Below are positions 27,601 to 37,281 of a DNA stretch of 64,000 bases, piece after piece. The notes beneath the pieces are model-generated. The model was not told where the DNA came from and did not search any database. It saw nothing but the letters and a program-made list of their open reading frames with translations. Source of the DNA: the human T2T-CHM13v2.0 reference genome, Homo sapiens. Both the position numbers and the translations under genes were made by a program. Position 1 is the first letter of the stretch. Each line of letters starts with the position of its first letter. The stretch is taken from the NCBI RefSeq assembly GCF_009914755.1, contig NC_060927.1, one strand, 5' to 3'.

Positions 27601-28005
27601 CAAATGAGCACTCTAAAATGAGAGGTTTCCTTGAGTCTGTAACCAAACACTCTGACATTTCTCTGTGGTCCCAAGTGCCAGTCACTCAATCCCATCGGCT
27701 CCAAGGTTAGTGTGTGCATGTGAGTGAGTGGGGACTGGAGGGAAGGAAGTGGGGAAGGGAGAAGACAGAAAAAGACAAAAGAACCTATCTCCTCCTCTCC
27801 CCAGCCCAACTCGAGATAGGCAAAGAGAGATAGACTAACTCGGTCTTTACCAAACTTCAAGGATTTTCTCCTTTGCAAAAGAAAGCTGAAGACACATGGG
27901 AGTGGGAGGTTTACTTAAAAACTTTCCTCTCTTCCTTCATGGAAGGGATCCTCAAACACTTCTGGAATACCTAGGCTGTTCTTTAACCAGCTTCAACCAC
28001 CAGCT
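27601..28005 (-). other. BCL6: Alternative BCL6 first exon / internal promoter
   Basis: Strong donor TTG|gtaaga at 27601/27600; BCL6 is known to have a downstream alternative first exon; 5' end approximate and recalled rather than derivable. Confidence 0.6.
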
Positions 28006-28856
28006 CGCTTGTGGATTTCCAGTCGCAGGCTTCTGGAACCACAGGAAGCCCAGATTTGCCATTTCACCATGACAAGTGGCAATGACTCACTCCAGATGCG
28101 GATTGAAACAAACAAACAAATTCCCCTGTGTCCACTGTCAGCTGGGCCTTGGGCTTTTCACCGTAAGCCTCTGCCTGGCCAAAAACAAATGTACATACAC
28201 GAGGCGCAGGTCCTTCTCAAGTTCACTCCTTTGCAAGCCAACTCGTCTTAAGAACCAGCCCCCCCCCAACTCCTGAGTGTGTGGGTTGAGTGTGGGCAAT
28301 GTTGTCACCACCCCCACCCCAAATGCCGCAGGTGTGGAAGCACCACCAGCATTTGGTTTGTATTTTTACAGAGCTCTTAGTCCTTTCCCACCCCCTCACG
28401 ATTGCATCTTATCCTTATAACAGCCCTGCTTTATTAGGGAGGGAACTGAGGCTCCGGGTGAGAGGCCTTGCCCAAAATCTCAAAACCAATTTCCAGCAAG
28501 TTCTGGACACGCCGCGTCTCCTAGATTCAGCCATTCCACCAATGCCACACACAAGACTACCCACAAAAACAATCTCCAAGGAGCAGGGCTGTCAATGAGA
28601 AACTGACAACTGCTGGCTGCCCCCAGACCTGGACTTCCCATCCCAATCTCCCCGCACCCACGCTGGGTCAGTAACCACCATGGGAGAGTTAAATGTTTTC
28701 TCTTCCCTTCCTCCCTTTAGCTCTTTTGGCGCTTTCCTTGTGCATAGCCAGCTAGGCTCCTTGAGAAGACAGATCCTTTAAAAGAGCTTTCCATTGAAGA
28801 AGAAAACAGGAACCAAAAAAAAAAAAAAAGCAAAGAGAGAGAGAAGACAGCAGAAA

Positions 28857-28860
<4 letters not shown>

Positions 28861-28900
<40 letters not shown>
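28861..28900. repeat. (AG)20 microsatellite in a purine-rich tract
   Basis: Perfect agagag run. Confidence 0.97.
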
Positions 28901-28904
<4 letters not shown>

Positions 28905-29039
28905 TGAGAGAAGAGGGAGAGGCGAGGTTAAGAGCCAGAGAGCAAGCCAATACAAAAGACCCCATCCTTTTCCTCCCTCCTCCCCTGGGCTGGCACCAGA
29001 AAGCCCCATTTTCTCGCTCACACATAAGAGCACAAACAC

Positions 29040-31700
29040 CAGCCCTGCGCGCCGGGGCAAGCCTAGGCAGACTTCGCTACCCCACCCCGACCACTCCGTA
29101 CCTGTCTTCCAGGGACTGCCCGCCCCTGGGCGATCCACCTCGAAGCCCCCCGCAAGGCGCGACGGAGGCTTTGTGGTATGACCGTGGCGGCCCTTAATTT
29201 AGTTACATTCAAATAAAACTTTTCGTGCACCTCGGTAGCTAACATTGTGTGTATGCCTTTTTTTTTTTTTTTTTTTTTTTCCTGTTACGCCGTCAATGCA
29301 GCAGGCAATGAGGGGAATGACACAGCCCTCTCATTCCCGGAACGTAGTCAATCTCGGCTCTGCGGATTTCACAGAACACACTTTGCCTATTGCCGGCTCC
29401 AACAAGAAGTAACTTTCCAGGAAGCTGCCGGCCCCGGCAGCCGCCAGGATCGCTGCCTGCGCTGCGCTGGCCGCCGGGGATTCACCCGGGGAGGCGGGGC
29501 CGCTGGGGAAGGCTCGCGGGGAATACAGCACACTTTCCCCTAAATCCCTCGTCCGCGCCGAGTGCAGGGCTCTCAGAGTTCACCTAGTCCCACCTCTCAC
29601 CCACAACAGTTTATAAATGGGGAAGGTCAGACAAGTTAGTAGCAGAGCTGGGTCTAGAACCCAGGAGTTCGAATGCAATCCGAGGCTCATATCGAGACTT
29701 TAAGTTGTCCGATTCCGAAGTTTATTTGCTTTTTTCCCTCTTTTTGCCTTCCATTCTCCCTCACCCCCGTTCTTTTAGGGGAATGTTTGAGCGAGACTTC
29801 AAGGTCAAAAGATGGAGTCCCTAGGGGCTGAGGGTCTCCATCATAGGCGCCCCAGGCAAGGTTGGAGAAAAACTAAACAGAAAGCCCCTTCCGCCTACGT
29901 TGGCAAGAACGGGAACCCAGCTCCACTTGGTTTCCGCCCAAAGTCTTTAGAACAGGAGCTGCCAAGCCGTAAGGATTTCCGAATCCGATTTCCCCGAAAC
30001 CGTAGAGACACAGCTTGGACTCGGCAAAGGCCGGGGCCCCGACCCCTGCGCGCGCACTGGCACTCTCCAAAGTTGCCTCGCCTTCCTGTGGCCCTCCCGG
30101 GAATTATAACCCCCGGGTGCCATGTCCTAATTGGTCTCGGTAGCAGGCTCCGGGGTGCGCTTTCGGGGGCTAGGGGACAGCGAAAGACTCAGCCACAAAG
30201 GCCGCAGTCTGGTCCTAAAACTAGCCAGTGGCGTCACACTGCGCCGCTCATCCCTTCTGCGGCAAGCGGAAGGGTCAGAGTCGGTCTGCAAAGAACGAGC
30301 CTTTGGCCTCAAAATCCTACATTGAGGCTTTCTCACCCCTTCGCCCGGTGGGATAAAGGTGAAAGAGACGGTTGGGATTTAATAAGGGGTAGGGATGAGA
30401 ATCTGGGAAGTTAAAATGAAGTAAGTGCATTTATTGGAAATTAGGAGTCCCGTGGTTCCGGGAGCTCAAACCGAATGGTGTTTTTACCGCTGCCTAACGC
30501 TAGAGAGAGCCCTCCATCAAGGTTTGAAACCGTCAACCCCTTTCTCGCCCCTCCCCTCCTTCCCATTGACCTAGTTTGGCCAGAGCCTCCCGATTTGGAG
30601 AATGCCTTCCGCCCTTCCCCCCTCCTCTCCAGCCAGAGAGGCTACAGAGGCTGTTGGATTATTGGTAATCTAATAACTCCAATAACCCGCTGAAAAATCC
30701 AAAGGGAAATCTGAAAGTGTAAAGCACTGTTTAGGGACAAGGACAAGGAATTTTAATAAGGCTGCAACTGCCGTAGTGAACCCCGCATCAGGGGCCCTGC
30801 CGTGGGGCTCCCGGTCTCAGCAGTGTTTCAGCCAACTAGCTGCACGGCTGCAGACACCACCGTGGTCCGGCGGCAGGGGGTGAGGTCAAATCGCGGAGCT
30901 GTTTTTATTCTTGGGGGAAAACACTCTTCGCCCTCTTGGCTGGGGAACGGGAGGGTGCAGGAGACGACAGTAAATAAAAGCGAATTTGATAACGCGATGG
31001 CCTCGACAGCCGCTTTGGATAACCGAGGTGTTCGGGGACATTGTGTCCTGACTTTCATTTCTATCACGTTTCCTGCCAACAGTGCTCTTGCAAGCCTGCA
31101 AGCTTCTAGGAAATGCAATAAAACAGAGGGATGTGTTTTATCATCAAGATCTGAAGAGGAGTTGCAGAAGGGACGTTCCCCATACGCTCAGCGCGAGACA
31201 GCCTTCCAGAAGGGCCCGAAGACAATGCCAGCAAATCGCGTCCCGGAGCAGAGATCCCTCGGCCGTCCTGGCTGGACTGGGCTCAGCCTTTGCAAAAAGG
31301 CTGGCGGGGGAGGGGAGAAGCATGATCTCCTCAAGCAAACAATGCCTTTAAAAATCCGATCTGGAAAGAAGTCAGCCAAGGTCCTTATTCACGTTAATGA
31401 AGATGGAAGGCACTAACTGTCCTTGGAAAGCGATGAGTCAAACTTGACCGCGCTTCAAACTCGTTCCCAGATTCGTTTCCAGTCCGAACAGAGGCGCGTT
31501 TCTCCGACGCGGCCTCCGACGGCTCCCGCAGTGGGAGAGGCCGAACTCGATCCCCGCCGACCCGGGCGGGGGCGACGGCGCTGTCTCCCCCTGCAGAGCG
31601 CGCCTGCTGCCGCTAGGGGCCGCCAGCATGCGGACGCGCGTTTGCCATCTTAAGTCACGAGCTCGGAGAAAGAAAACTTTACGGAGGAACTGTTGTGGCA
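29040..31700. promoter_or_regulatory. Intron 1 CpG-island cluster (distal)
   Basis: High GC with abundant unmutated CpG in several blocks; limits judged by eye. Confidence 0.8.
29334..29423. promoter_or_regulatory. Triple GAS (TTCN3GAA) STAT/BCL6-type cluster
   Basis: TTCCCGGAA 29334, TTCACAGAA 29368, TTCCAGGAA 29415. Confidence 0.7.
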
Positions 31701-32439
31701 CAAATTCTGGCCTATCCACATGACCCCCACCCCCTCACACACACACACCCGGTTTCTCGCCAGGCTACTATGCAGAGGATGTTAGGAAGGGGAAGAGAGC
31801 GATTTCAGAATCGAGGCTCGCCCTGCAAGTCTTTGGTCCAGGCCTTAACCCCCCTCTTAACACGCAAATCCCCGAGCTCCGAGACCCACACCCTTCAGCA
31901 CCATCTGGGCTTTTCGTGTCATTACCGAAAATCTTAGGCCATATTTTCTTTAAAAAAAATCCTCCAAGACTGCTGGGGAGCGGTTTCCAATGAACACTGG
32001 CAACAAAGGTGACCTAAGAGGTTAAACTCATGGTTCTGGCAGCCGCTCCTTTCTCATAAATACTTCTAAGGAGCTGAGATAAACCCGCCTTTGGCTTTCA
32101 GTCACTGACATGAAATTCAGAAGCTTAAAATCTGGTCCTGGTTAAGTCACTAACTCACCACTAACAAGCCTCCTCGTCGGGCCTGTTTCCTCAACTGCAA
32201 AACAGAGTTGTACGTCCCAAAGCCCCTGAGCTCCTAGGTGGCATCCTTCCACTACCGACTTCCCCTAAGAGGGGCCACAGGGACAGGAAGATGGTGTGTT
32301 CGAAGCGGGTTATTTGTGGTTTTTCTTAGTGCAAATAGATGCTCATCGCTGAGTGATGGGCAAGCAGCGAGGCCTTTCTGATTTTCATCCCTCTTGCCAA
32401 AACTTTGGAGGTTGTATGCCATCCCCATTGGAGGGTGCC

Positions 32440-33210
32440 CTCCTTCTGTCAGTCCTAGCATCTGGTCAGGGTACCGCCGCCCGGGAGGTGGAACGGCGAG
32501 CCCACCGCCCATGGCCGCGAACTCGATCTCAGCCCACCGCTAGGTGGCAGGCCAGCCCGTCCGAGAATCGCCGCGCGGCCGCAGCTTCCACACCGATCCC
32601 TACCCGCCCCTCTTTATTTTCTGTCTGGTGGGGGCGAGGGTTGGGGGTGTGATTGCCTCTAAAAGCAAAGCTAGAAAACATTTAATTTAGTGTATGTAAT
32701 TCCGTTCCTCCCGATGCTCCCGCCTCTAGCAACCACAACGCGGTATCTGGAGCTGGTTTCATGTATCATAAGTTGATTTCTCCCCCAGCCTCCGAAAAGC
32801 TTTATGTACTGGGAAGGGAAAGAAGGTGCACTTGTCTTCAAAAGGCAGAATGGCACTCGACAGTATTGGCAGAGATTCTTGCCAAACACTGGTCATCCAG
32901 CAAAGAAAGTCGGGAATAAACTCCTGATCTTCTCGGAGGAAAGGGGCGCTGGGGGCCGAGTGCTGGATCCCACTCAGGCTCACTGCGCCTGGCAAAGCGG
33001 GGGAGTGGGGAGTCGGGTATGGTCTTTTGGTGAAGTTGTGGGTCTCGGAGTGGACATCGGGAGGGTTGGGAGGGGCCGTTCCTGGTTTCCACTGGGGCAA
33101 AGAGAAACCAGCCAGTTCTGCCACCACGCTGCACCCTCGCTGTGCTCGCGGCGGCAGCGGCGGTCCCACTTGTTGCGCAGTGCTGGAAACCGGCACGCGC
33201 CATTCGATGT
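32440..33210. promoter_or_regulatory. Intron 1 CpG-rich block with CTCF-like motif
   Basis: CpG-dense; CCGCTAGGTGGCAG at 32537-32550. Confidence 0.65.
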
Positions 33211-36200
33211 TGACTCACAGAGGGCTACAGACCAGCCTACCATTGCTCCACGCCATCCACAAACCTCCTCAACACACCCCCTACACATACGTCCTGCCAC
33301 CGCCGGCAAAACTACAGCATTTCCAGCCACTATGGTGTTTTACACCAAAACATCCCTCACTATCTCGGTATCAGACAGGCAGCAGAATTAAGATGCCCTG
33401 AGAAGTCAATCCAAGGGTAAGGCCGGGCTACCTCCGCCTGGAGAACTCTTCTACTTAAAATCAACCAGGCACCCTCCCCCCACCAAAAAAAAAAATCTTA
33501 GAACCACGTTGCCTATTATAACACCATCCTAGTTGGAAAGCAACATTTTTCTTCCCTACTTGATAAACTTCAAAGTCCTTTTTATCCGTTAGTTTTATCT
33601 CCCCTATTTTTTTTAAATCTCTGGGGGAAAAATGTTTCATAAGTTCACTTCCCAATATTTTTCAAAAATTGACTTTTGCCAATAGTTTCACCCACCGAGG
33701 GGTGGCGCTGCTGCACCGCCTCCTCTATATCTCTTAAGTTTTTCACAACAAAGTGGGTTGTGAGTGTCATTACCCTGTAGGGGATAGAGGGAAGGAAGGG
33801 TTTTGACATCTAGCCATGGCTACCATTTACTCAACCAATAACTGGAACTCTTCAAGGGCTCAGCAAACGACAACTTAAGCATTTAGAGTCCCATCCCTAT
33901 CCACCAAACCCAGAATAAGTTAGTCTTTTCAAGAAAGCATTGGTATAAAACCCTTCAAAACTGAAAAGAAGAAAGGGGCAATTGGAGAATTCCCACTTTT
34001 TCTGGCTGTCTCCTTCAAGTCGCCCAGTTTTTATGAACAGCATCTAGCCTTACTGTCACTATCAACAACCCTTAAAACTAGCCAATGCTTCGGCCTCTAG
34101 TATTGGAAAGTCTTCCAAATAGGATACTGGAAACTTCTATTTATAAGCTTGGGGTGGCGGGCGGGGCGGGGAGGTGGAGAGAGAGTTGCCATCTACAGGT
34201 TTCTATTTTGGCCTGAAGACTCAACTGCAGTCATTAGAGTAAGGGAATGCCCATCTCCTGGTACTTGTTCGCCATTTCCTCCTCCCCCAGAGACAAATAT
34301 CTTTTCGTCTTTTTTAAAAAAGTATATATTTTAAAGCAAGAATGTGATTTCATCTCTCTTCTTTGAGCTCATGTTTGCTACCTCCAGGAATAGCGTGTGG
34401 ACTAGGGCCAGATGAACTTCAACTTGGGCTGCAGATTTACGAGGTTCTGTTCTAGTGCCAAAGGCTCTTGGTAGTAAATAGTGAGCAAAATAGATACCTG
34501 TCTCCTGATGGATCTTGCCGCCCCCTCTTTTTTTTTTTTTTTAAGTTATTTATTAAAACCACACACACCTTGCAAAGAAAAAGGGAAACTGGCAGTCTCT
34601 GTAGAGGAAGCCGGTGGCATCGCTCAGAGCCACAAACTGTATTTCTAAACAGCCCTTTCCCTGGTTCCCTCTCTCCTGCCCCACTTTTTTTAAAATCCAG
34701 ACTGTAAAAAACACATCTACTGACACTCACTTTACTTTAAAAAAAGAAGAGAAAAAGTAAAGCGTTACAAGACTTTCCTCCTGGAAACTATAAACTGAAA
34801 AAAAAATCCATAAAAGATTAAATCCTGGCGGGTTGTGGGGTGGCGGGGGCCGGCGGGGAGGGGGCGCGGAGTGGAGATTGGCTCTCTGAGGTGGTCAGGG
34901 GCCCTGTGACAGCTTGGGACTTTCAGCACCTGGTTTGGGGTCATTTATCTGCTCAACTGTCAGGACCCCCCACCCCCAAACCCCAGCCACCAACACAACC
35001 ATCGTAGAAGGGAACACAACACAGAGGGTCTTTTTTCATTTTTTTAAAAAATCGGTTTGGTTGTGTTTTTGTTTTCCATGGGGGAGCTTTAAAACTCATT
35101 ATTGCAACACTAGTTCCATTTTTCGCCAGGGTTCCAATAACACGGCATCATAAAGGCAACGCAACCCACAGTTCTCAAGACATTTACCACGGTCACTACA
35201 TCCGGCAGCGGGGTGGCCCCTAGCTCCTGCTGCCCCCCCGCCCTTTCTCCCCGCCCGCCCCCGGAGCTCAGCCGATTTCTGAGGCTCCAACTCTACCCAC
35301 TCCCTCCCCGGGCCGCCGCCGCCGCGCCTTCCCCCATTCTTACTCCCTCGAGGAGAGCCACAGGTTGCAAATCCAACCAACCTCGCAATCTATTTTTGCA
35401 AAATCACTCACAAAGATCTCCCTTTCGCGCCCGCGCCCGCTCCTCCCGCGCCGGGTCCCCTCAGCCACGGCCACAAAGTGCCCTTCTCTCCTCCTGAGTC
35501 TTGCACATAAGGAACGCGGGCTGGGGCTCTGTTCGTCTTTCTCCTCGCCCAAGGTAAGGACCTCGGGAATCTGAAGCCTGGCGTCCACTACGCTCAGGCC
35601 CGCAGTTCCCTTTTTACAGAGCTTGCACCATGGGAAAAAATAAAATAAAATTTAGGAAAGGGAGGCAACAGCCATTGGGAGCCAACACAGAGTCACGCAG
35701 CGCCCAAAATACAAACACCGCAGCGGCCAGAAATCCCGCCACCTTTCTCGTTCTCCCAGGCTGTCCTGTCGAGGTTCCCTGAGTCCCCCCGCACACTGAA
35801 AGGCATCGCAGGTGCAGTGCGCACCCCTTTCCCACCCACCCCAAGAAGCCCTGTCCCGCCATCAGTCTCTCTCCTCGGGATGAGCAGGGAGAGCGCGCGG
35901 AGGTTCCCGACTCCCTCGACTACAACCAAGAAAGAATAATTTTCAAAGTGTTCAACATCCCCGCCCCCAAGCTCCCCAAAACACAGGGGCAGGGAACACC
36001 AAAACACTCGGCTCTCGTTAGGAAGATCACGGCTCTGAAAGGAAATAGTAGACACGATACTTCATCTCATCTGGATTTATGACCAAAAAAACAAAAACAA
36101 AAACCCAAAGAGTTCGCTTGCATTTTTTCCTTCCAAATCTCGGTTCGGCTCGAAGGCAGGGAATCTAAAAGACCGAGGCCGATGGAAGAGAGCCAGCGGG

Positions 36201-36831
36201 GCGAGCGAGCGGGCAGCCTCCCTTTTTGCCTCCCGGAGTTACCCAGAAGGACAGGGGAAGGGAAGGAAGAAGAGGCGAGGAAAAAGAGGAGGGAGGGAAG
36301 CGGAGGCCAGGAGCGACGGAGCAAGGAAAGCAGTTTGCAAGCGAGAAAAGAGGGAAAAAACACAGCCGCACGAATCCAGAGAGATCACAAGCCGTACGCA
36401 AGCAGCAGCAGAAAGAGCGAGAGCGCGAGCGCGCGTCCTCTCCGCGGTCTGGGGCCAGACAGCCCCCAGACTAGCCCGAATCACCCCCCAAGCACTGTCT
36501 CGTCCTCTCTGCTCCGGCCGCCCCCTAATTCCCCTCCTTCCTCTCCTCCACCTCCTTTCCAAAAACCAAAACAACACAAGGGAGGGTGGCAAAAGCCTCC
36601 CCAAACCGGCCGATTCACTCAAAGACAACAATAATAATAATAAATACATAACAATCTATATCCTATGGTGGGAGAGACGTGGGACTAATCTTCGGCATTT
36701 ATTTTAACACCTGACAGCTAGAATAAATAAATATATACATTTATATCAATAGATACACATAGAAAACTTGGAGCCAAAGCATTTGGCAAGAGCGGAAAAA
36801 AAAAGAATTAAAAGGTAAAATAATGATCATG

Positions 36832-36910
36832 AGCAGCGGCGGCGGCAGCGGCACCAGCGGCAACAGCGGCGGCGGCGGCAGTAGCAGCAGCAGCGGCGGC
36901 AGCAACAGCA
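36832..36910. repeat. Mosaic (AGC/GGC/AAC)n triplet repeat
   Basis: agcagcggcggcggcagcggcaccagcggcaacagcggcggcggcggcagtagcagcagcagcggcggcagcaacagca. Confidence 0.9.
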
Positions 36911-36918
36911 ATAATCAC

Positions 36919-37234
36919 CTGGTGTCCGGCCTTTCCTAGAAACTTCTTGCATCACCACTTCTAAGAACCCCAGTTCTAAGAATCAACAGAGCTCAATTCT
37001 CGGAATTTGAGCTTCGGACTTTACCACTGCTACGTGGCAGGGGAGGACTTGGTGTCAGCTCTCCGAGATTTTTACTGCCCCTGGCCAACCAAAAGCCCTC
37101 AAAGCCACAAGATTTTTTCACTGGCCGGCATATTTCGAGGTCCTCATAAGCAGAGCGTCTCGGATTTGGAGGTTCCGGTTCGAGGCTCGAGGGGCCTGAA
37201 GGTGGCTCTCCCTCCCCGGGCCCAAGACGATGGT
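36919..37234 (-). other. BCL6: BCL6 non-coding exon 1
   Basis: Donor CCAG|gtgatt at 36919/36918; joins exon 2 to give the known 5'UTR; TSS approximate and probably multiple. Confidence 0.85.
36933..37005. promoter_or_regulatory. BCL6: Exon 1 BCL6-autoregulatory/STAT5 site cluster
   Basis: TTCCTAGAA 36933, TTCTAAGAA 36959, TTCTAAGAA 36974, TTCTCGGAA 36997; a fifth TTCTGAGAA at 37316. Confidence 0.88.
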
Positions 37235-37254
37235 ATGGCCTGCTCCGCCACCAT

Positions 37255-37281
37255 CACGTGGGCTCCTCCTCTGTGACGTCG
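37255..37281. promoter_or_regulatory. Proximal promoter E-box and CRE-like site
   Basis: CACGTG 37255-37260; TGACGTCG 37274-37281, just upstream of exon 1. Confidence 0.55.

Noticed and set aside
29812-33401. Long ORFs of 195-204 aa in intron 1
   Set aside because: GC-rich CpG-island DNA is stop-poor; Arg/Pro/Gly-biased with no domain and overlapping ORFs in several frames
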